From positions 27,404,001-27,468,000 of the forward strand of contig NC_043014.1 of assembly GCF_006345805.1 (NCBI RefSeq): 64,000 nt of DNA, in the 5' to 3' direction. A program made the position numbers and the translations under genes. The DNA is from Octopus sinensis (Eukaryota). Below the pieces are notes generated by a model. It was given only the letters and a program-made list of their open reading frames with translations, was not told the DNA's origin and searched no databases. The first letter of the stretch is position 1, and each line of letters begins with the position of its first letter. Below are positions 63,832 through 64,000 of the stretch, in pieces.

Positions 63832-64000
63832 ATAAATCCTCAAGTATAGTCCACCCTTGAGTATAATATGCAGGGGATTTTTAGGGGGCTGTACCTCTGA
63901 AAAACCTAAACCTTGTGTATAATACGCACCCCTTCTCTAAGTTGAGTCGTGCGTAATTAAACCACCAGCACCTAGTCAAACAAACACTTCCGTGCATGTG

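Overview
AT-rich, microsatellite-dense eukaryotic DNA. The SINE families and (TA)n/(TATG)n/(GATA)n load suggest a coleoid cephalopod, probably Octopus (inference). The window is almost all transposon debris: Helitrons, several Penelope-like (PLE) remnants, RTE, CR1-like, R4/Dong-like, HERO-like, Tx1/L1-like, Gypsy, mariner, Tc1, Chapaev-like and tRNA-derived SINEs. One host gene is visible as two or three exons of a VWD-domain protein (20572-27170, +). Three things stand out. (1) Three different Tx1-like retroelements are stacked head-to-tail at one site in a mariner 5' UTR, 4 bp before the transposase ATG, separated by four copies of a 13-bp motif (TGTTCC[A/G]ATCATC). Two of the three are ORF1-only and share an unrecognised C-terminal domain; all three carry a 3' hairpin whose loop pairs downstream. 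(2) A 366-nt tandem repeat carries type I hammerhead ribozyme folds with a CCGAUGA (U4C) core, resembling a non-LTR retrozyme; further PLE-type hammerheads are scattered through the window. (3) An uninterrupted GIY-YIG endonuclease ORF has no reverse transcriptase. All calls are from manual reading; no searches or folding programs were run, and boundaries of degenerate repeats are approximate.
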